Source of the DNA: Toensbergia leucococca
Taxonomy: Eukaryota
DNA length: 62,512 nt
NCBI GenBank assembly: GCA_022813965.1
Contig: JALDZS010000145.1
Location: 1-62,512, forward strand
Direction of reading: 5' to 3'
A model generated the notes under the pieces. The model did no database searches, was not told the DNA's origin, and worked only from the letters and a program-made list of their open reading frames with translations. Positions within the stretch are counted from its first letter, which is position 1. Each line of letters opens with the position of its first letter. The translations under genes and the position numbers were made by a program. Shown piece after piece: positions 24,272 to 36,783 of this stretch.

Positions 24272-26827
24272 TTACAGTGATCGACATCTGCTCGGAGCTT
24301 GTTTACGTAGCCTCTGCTTTTGGTTGACATTGTCTTCATTGTGTGGAGAACCAAGTCGCGGTATTTTCTCAATGAAGACTTTGTAGCAGCTCCACACTTC
24401 TCCTCTGCAGTCATGAATGACAATCTCCCAACTTGTATGTTTATCAAAAATTTCGGTCGGTTGAGTAAAATTTCTCGCAAGGCAATGGAAACAGCCATCG
24501 AAGAGGGCAAAATAAAAGCAACTCGGATGCCCATTACACCAGTCAACATTGACAGTCCAGTGACTCAGAAGGCTGTAAAGTAGCAAGAGATCACCACGCA
24601 TTATTTCCAAGGCACCCTGTGCTGGCGTCACACCGATGATCAAAACCCACTCATCAGAAGAGGGTGAAGGCCAAAAAGTTTCTATAACATTTGTTGATGA
24701 CATCCTGAGCTCATGCGTTGAACTAGGGCAAGACAAAAGGCCTTGCGCTTCGTTTTCAACTCCAGAAGTCAAATGTCTCTTATGCCGCGATTGTGGGCAA
24801 GTCAAATCTAGAATCCTCTGATTTGAGAAGCTCAACAAAGTTATGTTGATAGAAATGGTCGGTTCAGCTGGTGGCTGACTTTGAATAGGTCTAGTGACTA
24901 GATCTTTGCAGTCTTCAAGGTAAGAAGAAAACTTTGAGGGCACGCGCAAGCGCTTTACTTGAATCCAAGCTTCGAGGCGGGACACATGAAGGGTCTCCCT
25001 GACGATTAGCTCTGCCGAACGCCTGGAACCACAATAGCTGGCAATTGTAGCTACCGAAGCCGTGTTGTTAAAGTAGTGTACGCTCTCATCGTCAATCACC
25101 TCGCTATAGAGACGTCCGTGAAAACTTATATTACCCGGGACGACTCGGAATCGCATTTGTTCGACCGGTGAGTACGACGGGTCCTCCAAAGAGGGTGTGA
25201 AGATCGTGATCCCACCAGACGAGACAGCAGAGACCGGTCGTGAAAATAACTCAGAAGAAGAATCTGTGAAAAGTCGAAAAGATGTTTGACTTAATTCGGC
25301 AATACTATCGTGCCTCATGTACTTTTCAAAGAGTCCAAAAGCACCATCATCGTTGACTACGTTGACTTCGTCATACATCAAAAGAAGCCAATTGACCATT
25401 GGTTTGATTGCTTCGTCTATGTCTAACCGAGAAAGTCTCCAGAGGTATAAGAATATGGTCAGGCAAATCGCTGGTGGGTAGGGATCAGATTCTGTAGGTC
25501 TCGTCCTGGAACACCATGGTTCATTCCTACGATCAACGCAGCGAACACATTGACAAATATTAAGAACAAGGTTACCAAATATGGATCTATTTACCGACTT
25601 GGAGCCGAGGCAATCACTGGTGGAAGGACCGAGTCTCTGAACCTGACTCGGAATTGATCCAAGCTCCGGGAGTCGCTTGGCAGCGTTTGCAAAAAAACCA
25701 AGTTGTCGATAGCGCCTTGTCTGTGAGTGGCGTCCTAGTCTTGGTTGAGTCATAGCTGGGTCATCGAGCGAACACGCACACTCAAGGCATGCCATTAATG
25801 TTGCTGCAAAGTCTTCGACAACAACAGGAGATAGTAAATACTCGATCGAATCGCCAAACGTATCTGCAAGAACACTGGACCACGATGATCTTCCCTGGCC
25901 AAAGATATTGTGTCCTGTGGGGTTGAGGAAGAAAGGCATCTGTCCAGTGTAGGGCAAAAGGTAGGATAGATTCGTGATTTGAAGACTGGATTGGTTTATT
26001 CCCTCATTGTCCAAATGCCGCCAATCAAATACAATGCTGACTTGAGCGGCACTGCCACCATCATCATAACCTTGCCAGTATATACACTTACCTTCACGGT
26101 CAAGTACCTTGACACGAAGACAGAGTAACCATTCCGCCAAAGCTGCGATCCAACCACAATCAAGGCCACCTTGGAAAGTAACGCATGCTATAGATCCACT
26201 AGAGACTTTTGATAACTCGATCAACGCCCCTGCCAAAGCATCTGGTGCGGCAGGCCTGGGTATTTTCATTCTCTTTGCCTGGCTCTCGGGTCCAGTGAAA
26301 CCCAATCGACAGAATCCTTGGACCTTATTCGGGAAATCCGATGGAGTAAGGGCTCCAGCACAGACGCTAAGCAGAGCTGACCATTGCGGCAATGATGGAC
26401 TAAGGTCTTCAGATGGGAGGAGGTTCTTGCACAGAGCTGAGAGCACTCGAGCACCCGTCTCGTTGTCATAGGAAACACTCAAACATGCCCAAAGTGCTGC
26501 ACATGTTGTGCCTTGTTGAGTCTCGCACAGTGACCTGACAAGATGCTTGACACCAAATCCGAACCATAAGACTTGACCGTAAGACGAGTAGGCTTTTAAT
26601 TTTGAGATGGAATCAGCAACGCGTTTCTGGCCCTCGTCTGGTACGTGGAAGCGTGAGCAAAGGGCCTGACCCATGGCGAAAGTGATCATTTCTACACCAG
26701 CTTTCGCAAATCTTGACAATACGTCGATAGAGAAGGTCAGGGTCGACTTGGACAGTGAAACCCAATCCACATTGCCTTATTGGGCGAATGGGGTGCCGGA
26801 GCCCTGGGGTACCAACTGTCCTGCCAT
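24272..26827 (-). pseudogene. Large intronless hypothetical gene (~850 codons) with a premature stop at codon 17
   Basis: ATG 26827 reads MAGQLVPQGSGTPFAQ*GNVDWVSLS. TAA 26777-26779 is in frame with the 832-aa ORF, which itself starts at GTG. N-terminal region VLWFGFGVKHLVRSL looks like a conserved family motif. Confidence 0.6.
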
Positions 26828-27836
26828 ATCGAAGTGTCTGCTGTCTGCGTCTGAGATTTGCTGTGCCAGAAAAGAAGGCAGATATCTCAGAGACGAGGAG
26901 AGAAGATGAAATGGAGAGGTTGGGGTTGTGGGGACTCAGCCTTTTCAGTATCGGAAGCGACAAGGCTGCGGCGTTAATGTATTGGTTGCAGATGTCTCGT
27001 GTGATTGGCGGCCGAGTAAGCCTAGATTCGTGTTCTGCGGTCCCTGCGGTTTACCTTGTGGCGAAGCTGATGATCAACTTGCATAAAAGTACCCATGATC
27101 TCAAAGAGTGAGAGCTTGTAAGCCTCAGGCGGAAGGAAACGACCAGGCCAAGGGATGAAGGGCACATTTGTAGAGGCCGGAGGACTAGCCTTGTCCCAAG
27201 ACAGGAAACCTGCCATGCTGAGATGCGTTTCCACGATGCTGCAGAAGAGTGAAATGGTCTTTAAGAAACAATTGATTTGAAAAGTTGTAGGAAGCAACAA
27301 AGTTGAAGTCCCGGCGTGATTTATCCGGAGCTAGGTACGAGTTTATTGAAGCGAGATGCCTGACCCATCGGCAAACCCTGAGTCACATGACACAAATAGG
27401 GCAACCAAAGAACAGATCAATCCGATACAAGTCACAAGTGCAACACGCGAAGACAATCAATTCCACTTACTGAATGAAGCTCGTAGTTCCATCTGCAAAT
27501 AAGGCGGATTATCAAACCGAACCCATGGGGGGGCTGGGTATTCAAAATTCACAAATCCGCCTCCTTCAGCTTCAATTTCACCTCATTCATCTCAGGATCC
27601 GACCAAATTCGTCACACTCTTTGGCATGAACACAGTATTACTTCTCCAAAAATATGAAGAAAACAAAGGGGTATACACGCTAGCCTCTGGTCCATCAACA
27701 CATTCCTTCTTGCAATCTTGCCTCGAGTAGTAAAAAAGACACATGTGAATTAAGACACACGTAACGCTTCGCCAAGATGCACGTTATCATTCTCCAAGTA
27801 TCGTGAGTATACTTTCACCCATCACCTCCTACATGG

Positions 27837-30347
27837 CTACCCCATCGTAATCTCACTCCCATCCTCATCCTCCTCCTCCACAGGCGCAGGAGTCCTCCTC
27901 TCATTTCTCCTCTTCGGTCTCCTCCTTCTATGCCTCGAAGCATTACTCGCCGAGTCATCAGGTACAAGCTCACTCATACCGTCATCAATCCCATCATCTG
28001 TTTCACTTTCCCACGCATTTACCCCAAGACCAGAAGCCGGTGTACCCAATCTAGCTTCTACGGGTATAGATCCCCGCCGTAGCTGGCTCGCCATCGAGAG
28101 ACCTGCATTGCGTTCTCGGAGGGTGCAGCGAACCGATTCGGCTTTGCAATGGAGCGCTTCAAAGGCGTCTTCAAGGGCTTCCATGCCCAAGTAGATTTCT
28201 CGTTCGACTTCGGCGAGGACGGCAATTTCGGTCTCTTCATCCATGGCGACGGGGGCACCGACCGAGGCTGGAGAGGGGGTTGGCCCACGGGAAAGAGGAG
28301 TAGTGCCGCGATTTAAGGGTGTAGAAGGGGTGGCTGTTCGGAATGACGGGGTAGGACCACGGGATGGTGCTGCCGGCGTGGTATCCTCGGCACCACTACG
28401 AAGAAATCCGTCAAAGCGACCAGACGTGAGAATATCCCATTCATCGTCGCTGATGGCAGCTAGTGTGGCTAGGATATTATGAAGAGAAGGATTATGTAAG
28501 AGGTAAATTGCGGATTCGGGATCTCGAGGTGGGCTGGATAAGCGATAAAGACGTTGAATGGCGAGGCCTGTCTTCTCCAATAGCTCTGATCTTGGCTTGA
28601 CTACCGGTGTCCCTACTCTTGATGGTGGTCGACTTGCTCCTATCAAAGTAGAAAATAATGGTCTCTGCACAGGCTCTAGATGAGTCAACATGGCGAAAGT
28701 TAAGGTATCGTCATCCACATCTGTTGGAGGACTGCTTGGATCATTCGGTTGACTGGAGAGCCATTTATCGACAGATTGTTTCGTCTTTTTGGATTGGCGA
28801 ATATAATGATCTCGATACTCTTCGGGTACATCTACATCAAGCTTTTGCATAGGTGCACGATTTTCGGTCGTAGAGATTCCCAGTCCGACAGGAGTAGCGT
28901 CCAATGTAAAAGCTGGCCACGTAGGTAGTTCTTGTCGACCGCATACATATTCTAATATCTCACCCCAGCTCATCCCTCGAACATCTTCAACTTCCCGATC
29001 TTCCAAGGGTATTGCTTGACACATGACACACGAACAACTCTCTGATGATATGTCTCGACAGAAAACACCCTCAAGACGATCAAGTAATCGACGAGCTACT
29101 GAACGATAGCCTGTAGCAACGGCAAGTGAACCATTTCGAGAGATGACTTTTGCGTAATTGTCAAGTACACCGTTAAAGGGGGCGAAGAGTTTCTCAACTT
29201 GATCAGAAAGAGGGAGTGTTGCTTGTATCGGCTGTCCTGCAGATAGAAGATTTCGTGGTACTGGTTGCGGAAGGCCACCGTTGTGCATCAGGTAGTCAAC
29301 CTTTGGCATCTGGAATGGCATTCCTGGAGGAGGTGGTGGAGGAGGCGGTAATGGCGAGTTATTGAAAGACGTGACACTACCCGGGTTTAAGTTGACACTA
29401 AAAGGAGTCGCATTCCCACTAGGCGGAAATTGTGGATCTCTGGGAGTCGGTGTTCCCGGCGAAATAACGGGGTTTACAAGTGGGACTGTCTCCTCAGTTC
29501 TTTGACTAGCGAATATTTGAGGCATGTCTTGTTGATTAGGAGCGATCGAGGTTGCGTCGGAATCCATACTCGTTTCAGTGACTGTCTCTGTTTCCGTCAG
29601 GGAAGATGGGGAGGGCGAAGGGGATCTAGTTCGGTTTTGCTTCTGATTTGTGAATGATGGGCCGTTGTTGACAATGACTGGCTTCGGTCTTGGCTTCACC
29701 TTGGATGGAGTATTTGATTTAGATGCTCTAGCGGATAATGTAGATTTCTCTCCATCTTTTGGAGGCTCCCGATATCCAACATTAGATCTTGAAGACTGCG
29801 AGGTTGGCAATTTATCCCCTTCAGTATCTGTACCCCCGGCTTGACTCTTTTTCAATTCATTTGAAACCGCTTCCACAACCTTGGTAGACGGATCTACAGA
29901 GGTCAAGGGTGGACTTGGTGGAGCTCCTCTCGTGGTTACTGGTGGTATTCTATCATCGACAGTATCCTTCCTCTGTTCGAGGTTGGTTGGATCGGGAGTG
30001 TACAGGTTCATTTTGGGATTGACGACATTCTCCCTGCTCCCTACAGCTTCCTTGCTATGAGCCTTTGAAAACGAAGGATACGGTAGACTGGTCTTGCTTT
30101 CCTGAAGCGAAGGAGATGATACACGGCGTTGTAGTTCGGGTATGGGTATGGGTATCGAAGGTCTTCGAGTTGTTGCACTGCGCTCTGGGACAGCAGAGGA
30201 CTTGTCGCGAGCTCTGGAAGACGGTTTCCTCGAAGATCGTGTTGACCTATGCCGTTCTCTGTCTCTGTCTCTGTCTCGATCTCTATCCCTTGACTTGGGG
30301 GTATCCCGATCGTAATCCCGATCTCCATCACGGACTTTGGTAGGCAT
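27837..30347 (-). CDS. Conserved-looking fungal hypothetical protein (836 aa): RD-repeat N-terminus, polyproline, CxCxxC, C-terminal coiled coil
   Basis: Uninterrupted 836-aa ORF with ordered segments LAVATGYRSVARRLLDRLE, SCSCVMC and EREIYLGMEALEDAFEALH. Confidence 0.8.
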   Translation of the reverse strand: MPTKVRDGDRDYDRDTPKSRDRDRDRDRDRERHRSTRSSRKPSSRARDKSSAVPERSATTRRPSIPIPIPELQRRVSSPSLQESKTSLPYPSFSKAHSKEAVGSRENVVNPKMNLYTPDPTNLEQRKDTVDDRIPPVTTRGAPPSPPLTSVDPSTKVVEAVSNELKKSQAGGTDTEGDKLPTSQSSRSNVGYREPPKDGEKSTLSARASKSNTPSKVKPRPKPVIVNNGPSFTNQKQNRTRSPSPSPSSLTETETVTETSMDSDATSIAPNQQDMPQIFASQRTEETVPLVNPVISPGTPTPRDPQFPPSGNATPFSVNLNPGSVTSFNNSPLPPPPPPPPGMPFQMPKVDYLMHNGGLPQPVPRNLLSAGQPIQATLPLSDQVEKLFAPFNGVLDNYAKVISRNGSLAVATGYRSVARRLLDRLEGVFCRDISSESCSCVMCQAIPLEDREVEDVRGMSWGEILEYVCGRQELPTWPAFTLDATPVGLGISTTENRAPMQKLDVDVPEEYRDHYIRQSKKTKQSVDKWLSSQPNDPSSPPTDVDDDTLTFAMLTHLEPVQRPLFSTLIGASRPPSRVGTPVVKPRSELLEKTGLAIQRLYRLSSPPRDPESAIYLLHNPSLHNILATLAAISDDEWDILTSGRFDGFLRSGAEDTTPAAPSRGPTPSFRTATPSTPLNRGTTPLSRGPTPSPASVGAPVAMDEETEIAVLAEVEREIYLGMEALEDAFEALHCKAESVRCTLRERNAGLSMASQLRRGSIPVEARLGTPASGLGVNAWESETDDGIDDGMSELVPDDSASNASRHRRRRPKRRNERRTPAPVEEEDEDGSEITMG

Positions 30348-30854
30348 GCTTGTGAAGGAAACTGAATTTGGGTGAGCGTAGGTAACATGACTCTGATAGA
30401 TGGACGCAAACTCACCTAGCGAAACCTTTCAAGCTTCGGACGAGAGGCGAGTAGACAGAGGGAGGAGCAGGTCATGTGCCAGTGTGTGAAGCTGTAAATG
30501 TTGGTTGTGGATGGTGGGCGCACTGAGGTCTAAAGATAGGTTGGATGTGCGGGGTATGTTGCCAGTGTTCTTGGAAGAGGAGAAAACTGAAGAAGATGGT
30601 ATTAAAAGAATTGTAGTCAATAATAAGAGCAAGAGAAGTGAGAGCGAAGACGGAGAAGAAAGAATGACAGGCACTGGCAAATGCGTGGATGCGTTGTCTC
30701 GTTGATTAATCTGGATGTGGGATTCTATTGGCGAACGTAGGGTTTCTGCGTGACTGAGTCTTATCGCATGCCGTAAATGCCGCGTCTATTCCCCGTGTCC
30801 TCCTCCCTCCACTGACCTTGGTCGCTGTCCTATGTCCTGATACTACATCTCCCC

Positions 30855-32450
30855 CTAAGCTCGGCTTTTTACCTCTTGACGATCTGTTCGAGTCACTGTT
30901 CGCAATTCCACCATCTCCTCTCTCTTCCTCTTGTCCATGTTTCTCTTGGAGTTCAGCGACCAAAGCAGAAAGAATGCTGCGATCAAAAGACATGCTCCGC
31001 TCCAGTACCCAACAATATCGATGTTGTATCGCGGCACCAATGCTCCAACTATAAGAGGTCCAAGTAATGAGAAAACAGCACATGATGACCACATTCCACC
31101 CGTCCAGAATCCTAGAGCACTCTCATGTTCCTTGGGAATTATATAAGCCACCCCAGCTGCTGGCAATCCCGAATTGACACCTCCTAAGATGCCGTATATA
31201 GCACAAAATGCTATTCCGCATGCCGGATTCGAAGCTAACGGCCACATGATTAACGTCAAGAGTGCCGCACTGAAACAGGCCACAGCGTGTACAAGAATAG
31301 GATTAGACCACCTGCTTTTGTTTAACCAAGTTAAAACAACTGGTGGTAGAAAGCCTACTTACTTGACTGCAAAACCTGCTCCTCCAATTCGTCCAATGAT
31401 ACTACATCCATTCATGATGGTTAGTAGCCAAAAGGTTCGGAATCCAGAATCTCCAGGCCTCTCCCCTGTTCCAGTCATTATATCCTCTTTTGTTCCAAGG
31501 CCTCTTCTTTGTGCCCATTCGGTAACGTAGAATGCAACTGGGTAATAGCCCAAGAAGATGGAGCAGATAGCTGCGCTGAATTGAAGGAATGCCGGTGTTT
31601 CCAAGGCATTGCGATCCACCCATGTCGAGAATTTCAACAAAGGACCTAGAGGACGTTTTATTACATCTGGGTTTGGGCATCCTCCGATGAAGGCTATGAA
31701 TGAAGTTACTCCCACCACGGCAGAAAACAGGCGGGCACCAACAGGGAAACCGAGATTCGAGACCAAGAACTTCAAAGTCAGAGGATATATCATTCCTCCC
31801 ACGGCAACTCCACATGAAGTTATTCCAATTGCCATGTATTTTTGTTGTGGGAACCACCCCACAGCATTCTGTGAAGAATATACGAAAAAACAAGCTTGCC
31901 CTAGACCTGCCATGAAGCCAGAAGTGAACCAGATCAACCCATAATTCCCTTGGTCAACTCCCTCCTTGCTAGTGTAGCTCAGAGTAAAGAATCCTAGAAA
32001 TACCAAGGCAAAGCCGACTCCACCAAGGTAGTAATGATGTTTGGCATCTAGGAGTCGACCTGCGATGAAGGAGAGCAAGAGAACTAAAAAGGATTCGGTC
32101 CCGCCGATCAATTGAAGCTGGATGTTGCTTGCTACCTGACCTTAATTACTCTCTCGGCATAGGTTCATTTGTAAGTACATACCGTCACGCAGAAGATGTT
32201 CGTCATAGAGACCAAAAAAAGCACCATAGGACGAGATGATTCCCCTTGACCGACCATCAGTAGGATTGAGATCAGAGAGGTAGAGGCACGGAAGCTACCA
32301 GCAATTGAACATCATAAAGAAGCCAGAAAGCAGTGCGAGATATGCCCGCCAACTGCGAGGCCAGGTCTGCTTATCTTTCTTCTTCTCTGAGACTGGCTCC
32401 ACCATGACTACTGTATCCTCGGACATATCCTCGTGTATGGTCGGTAGCAT
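30855..32450 (-). CDS. MFS transporter, monocarboxylate porter (Mch-like) family
   Basis: SWRAYLALLSGFFMMFNCW|G, GRLLD, WFPQQKYMAIGITSCG and NGCSIIGRI; multiple TM helices over several exons. Confidence 0.85.
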
Positions 32451-34376
32451 TTTTCTTGGACTTCTTATTCGAATGGAAGCACTTTTTCTGTCGTAGTCTT
32501 CCTTGGTGTCAAATGAGAGGTGACCGATGCGAGAAAGGGGAGTATTGAATGTCGAAAAGAGATTGCAATCCGGAAGAGTCGGTCGCAAAGAGAATTCAAC
32601 AGATGTGGAGATTTGGGTTTTCGGCTGAAAACCCCACATTCTAAGAGCGCCATATCAGAACGAAGAGGTATAGTGAGTTCCCGTGACTCTCACAGGTCGT
32701 TGAGCTGGCAATTGAACTTGTGGGTGAACCACGGCATTATGGACTTTGGTTTCATCTGGTTTAGAGGGTAGGGGGTGAGGCAGTGATCTGATCCGTATCA
32801 CTTTCATCTTTTCAAGCCAGCTTATTAATAAGACTCCAATCTTTGAGGTGGAAGTGACTGCCGTGGCATGATATGATATCTCAACAACCAACTATCCTCA
32901 TTTGCTGGTGAGCTCAAGTTGCCAAGTCGAGTCTGCGCCTATCTGAGCTCGATTATGTCTCGGTAAGTTTTAGGGTTTTTCCAAGTGGATCCGAAATAAA
33001 ATAAAGTCCTCTCATGTGCTTCCTCTTATGCTCCTCATCATTGTTGGATCTGGTTGCACTACTGTATCTAGTATCGCTACCACGGACGACTGAAACACCA
33101 TATTCTGGAGAAAAACTCGGCCAAGCTCAACAACATTGCAACGAAGTGTATTATCAATACAACAAGAGAATGTTGCAGACCAAGGGACACAGACATTATC
33201 AGCTGACATACATCCACGCAAAACAAAGCTCATGAGTAACATCTAATTGCGCCGCTCATCTTCGAAATAGATATTATCTCAATGTGCGACGCGGTCAAAC
33301 AAGTAATGTGTTACTTGGGATATAACATATCACTGGTATATAAGATACTACTAGGATATAGTATATGGTTCAAAATCGAATCTTTCAGACCGCATGTTTT
33401 GGCATAGAAGATAAAATTTCCAACTTGCCGAGTTGCCTTCTACTTATAAAGTCCCGGGTAGATATATCAATCCCCATTCCTTCCACTCGTCCTCATCCTC
33501 ATCACTGTCAGTGTAGCTCAGAACGGTGCTGGTGACCATGAGCCTCTCAGGAAGAGACTATTAGTCAATGTGGCCAATCTTTTTGCGGGGGTATAATGTA
33601 GGTACGTGTCAAGATGAGGTGTTGAAAATGGGTGGGGAGATGTCAGCGAGTTTAGTATTGAACGGGATAATCTTCTCAAGTGAATACCCTCTGCCCAGAT
33701 CTTGCCCAAGAAACAGTCTATGATACTAATGATTGATAAGATACTACCGAATTATGAGACATGGTTCGATTCAGCCTTCAGACGATCAACGGGTTAAACG
33801 ACTCTAGTTTTATCTACCAATCAAGGCGGAATTCGTATGAGTCATTACAATACCTCTTGATATGGTCATGTCAACACAAATAACGTACTGATCTTCATGT
33901 GGTGTGATTGTTTCTTACTCTAGGGCTACCTCTCGATATACGCCTCTGACCGAGCTCAATAGCCTATCCTTCTTCATGAAAGCAACACAAAACAAGCACG
34001 AAAGATTCATGTTCCATTCAAAGCTCGAGTCTGAGACAAGAACACACTCTCAAACACCACCTCAAGTCTATCGAAGTCCTTTTCAGGCTTCTCGGCTCGG
34101 GCTTAGAAGCTGCTCTGACCGAATGATCTCCCACCACGATATCCCCCTCGATAACGTGATCCTTGAGCGGAGTACATCGTAGAGGCATGACGGGATCCTG
34201 TTTCAGTAAGTAAGTCATAAGATACTGCAAATCTAAAGAGATGGGGACTGACCAGATCGAGAGTATACACTAAGCCTCTCGTGATGCGCGGCAGAAGGGT
34301 TAAATGCTATTTCTTTTCAGCATTTTCCATCTTCAAATAATTATCTCAATGCGACGTACGGCCTTGAGAAGCGCTG

Positions 34377-35218
34377 TCATCTGGATGAAGAGATGGATGA
34401 TGTGATTCTACATCTTTTAGCATTGACTGCAATCCAAATCTTATCCGACAACTTACGCGCTCTAGAGCCTCTACGACTTGAATGTGTGGAGGAATGACGA
34501 GATCCTGTATCATTCAGTTCAAGCAACTCGCTGGGTAAAATCAAAGGGAGCTTACCGTGTTGGGACCCTCCACCAGACGGATGTACTGAAGAGTGATGAG
34601 AGCCTATACTTGTCAGTGCTTTGTTCTCTTGGCTCTGACAGATAAATTCACCAGGTTGAGCGTCTCCTGCAGGTGGTGCAATAGGACCTGGCTGCCCAGC
34701 AGGGTAGAGAAATGGGAGGCCAGAGGTTTGAGGCTCGTAAAACCCATTAAGCATCATGGTGGTGTATCTACCTGCCGCACCATTTCCATGTTCTCCCGTT
34801 CCAACGCCGTATACATTCGGATACACACCAGGGTTAGCTCTCTCAGCATGCCACCATTCAAGCTTACGTAAAAAAGCATTCTCGCGAGCTTCATGAGCAC
34901 GTTCGTAGTCTTCAGGTTCTTCAAATGTATTTCTGTACGTCTCTAGAAAATCATCTAGTTCGTTGAAGATTGTATTTGCATCTGCATCGAAGAGACGTTC
35001 AAGCATTTGCCAATCAGTGGTTGTCTCCTGGATATGGACCGCTTCGCGTATGAGATCCTGAGGGATCTCTTCCAAAGGTACTAAAGATTCTGTCAACTAC
35101 GAGGACTAAACAGTTCTGGATTTCTCAGTGTCCTACCGCTGAAGGGATATCGAAAATGGACGGGCCTACGACCGTTGTAATGGCCGGAGTAATACCGGCC
35201 TGAATGCCAAGGACTCAT
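34377..35218 (-). CDS. Hypothetical protein
   Basis: ATG 35218; intron 35081-35136 (GTAGGA..TTGAC..TAG) joins to ORF 34377-35096; probable in-frame 48-nt intron near 34604-34651. No recognisable domain. Confidence 0.5.
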
Positions 35219-35898
35219 TTCGATGAAGAACTTTGTGGAAATCGATGAAGTTGGTCGTTGAAGGGGATGATTTGATGGTGAGGAGAAGATGAAGAGTAGA
35301 CGGCGAAGAGACCAGGATAAGAACGGGGATACAAGAGATACAAGCACCTGATGAATGTCGGAGGGGGAGCTGGCCGGAGAGGAAGAGTCATACCGCGTTT
35401 GGTTTTACTTCATAATGATCATGAGATACCCAAGACCTTTTGTTGAATATCAAATGGTCTTGGGCGTGTTGTCGATGATGGCAAAGAGAAGGTGTCAAGA
35501 TGCAAGTCGTTTGATTTGCCACACTAAGGGGGCAGCATTGCCCGTGGATTCCGATACTGCACTTTATCCTTGAATTCTTCTTCTGATTTCTCTTATTGCA
35601 ATCGAGATGGGGATCTTTCTCACGCTCCAGGCCTGGGTCTTTACTGTGCTGTACATTGTTCCATCAAAGGACACGAAGGGCAGCGGGAAGCGTTTGGTGT
35701 TCCTACAAGGTAGATGTCAGTTCGGACGGTGGGTTTTTCCTTACGCCAGAGGCAGATACGCCATCTTGAAACAATCGACGACTATCGTTCATGCTAAAGG
35801 AGCGGCTGAGACTAGGGGGAGCGAGTCTCGGATATTGAACTTCAGATATTGAGAGGTGGTTATGCCCTCAGATTTCAGGTATCAATTCCGTTCATTGT

Positions 35899-35976
35899 AT
35901 CCAATGTCCTGGCAGGGGTTCCGGGCCAGCTAAGCGAACCCCTGAAACGGAACCCCTAGTTGTCAGGACATGGGAT
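35899..35976. repeat. Nested inverted repeat / hairpin
   Basis: Outer arms 35899-35914 and 35961-35976 match at 14/16. Inner arms AGGGGTTCCG (35914-35923) and CGGAACCCCT (35948-35957) match perfectly. Confidence 0.7.
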
Positions 35977-36783
35977 AATTGATATCCACTTACTGAACAA
36001 ACGAGTGAAGTCTACAACTTTTAACTTCGCCACTTACCATGATGCGTGTGTAGGTAGGTAAGTTTGTGATCAAGAGAGATGATGACGTTTTCACAGGCGT
36101 GTCCGAAATCTGAAAAATCTCCATTAAAACGATTGATATTGCGTGTCAGTTGCGCGCTTGGCTTTGTGTAGACGACCAAGCGCCACCTGTACTCAAAAAT
36201 TGGACAACGTCTAAATAAGTTCAGCATTCAACATCTCAAAGTTATCTGGCACAACAGGACTGTTCAAACCATTCAACATTGAAGAATCTTTGGTGCTCTA
36301 TCTACCGCTATACGGTGAAGGGTTACTTGACTGAGGTGGCGAGCTGGTCATGGGACATGATGCCATTTGTCATGGACTGATCTTTGATCACTAAAATGAC
36401 TCGTTGATGCAATTTAAACAGAGAACAAGCCATGAGGACTCAAGGTGCAGGCTGAGATGACTGAAAAGTAAAAATAGACCATGGAAGAAAGTCCTACGAG
36501 CGGCGAGACCAAACGGTGAGCTTGCTTCACCCGAAGGAGAGCCGTGGTAGAGTAACAGAACGAGGTGACAATTACAAAGGCAGACAATGGGAAATACTAA
36601 GACAATTCATATTCATGAATCATGTGTGTAGTATAGTAAGTGAACACTCGTATGGAATAATTCTGGAGACAACGTAGCAAACATTGGTCATTCAGTTTCA
36701 TAATTGATGTTTTGTCAACCGACCCACCTGTTTTGTATCAACATTTTCTTGAAGAGCTCACTGTGTTATCATTATTGAAGCAG

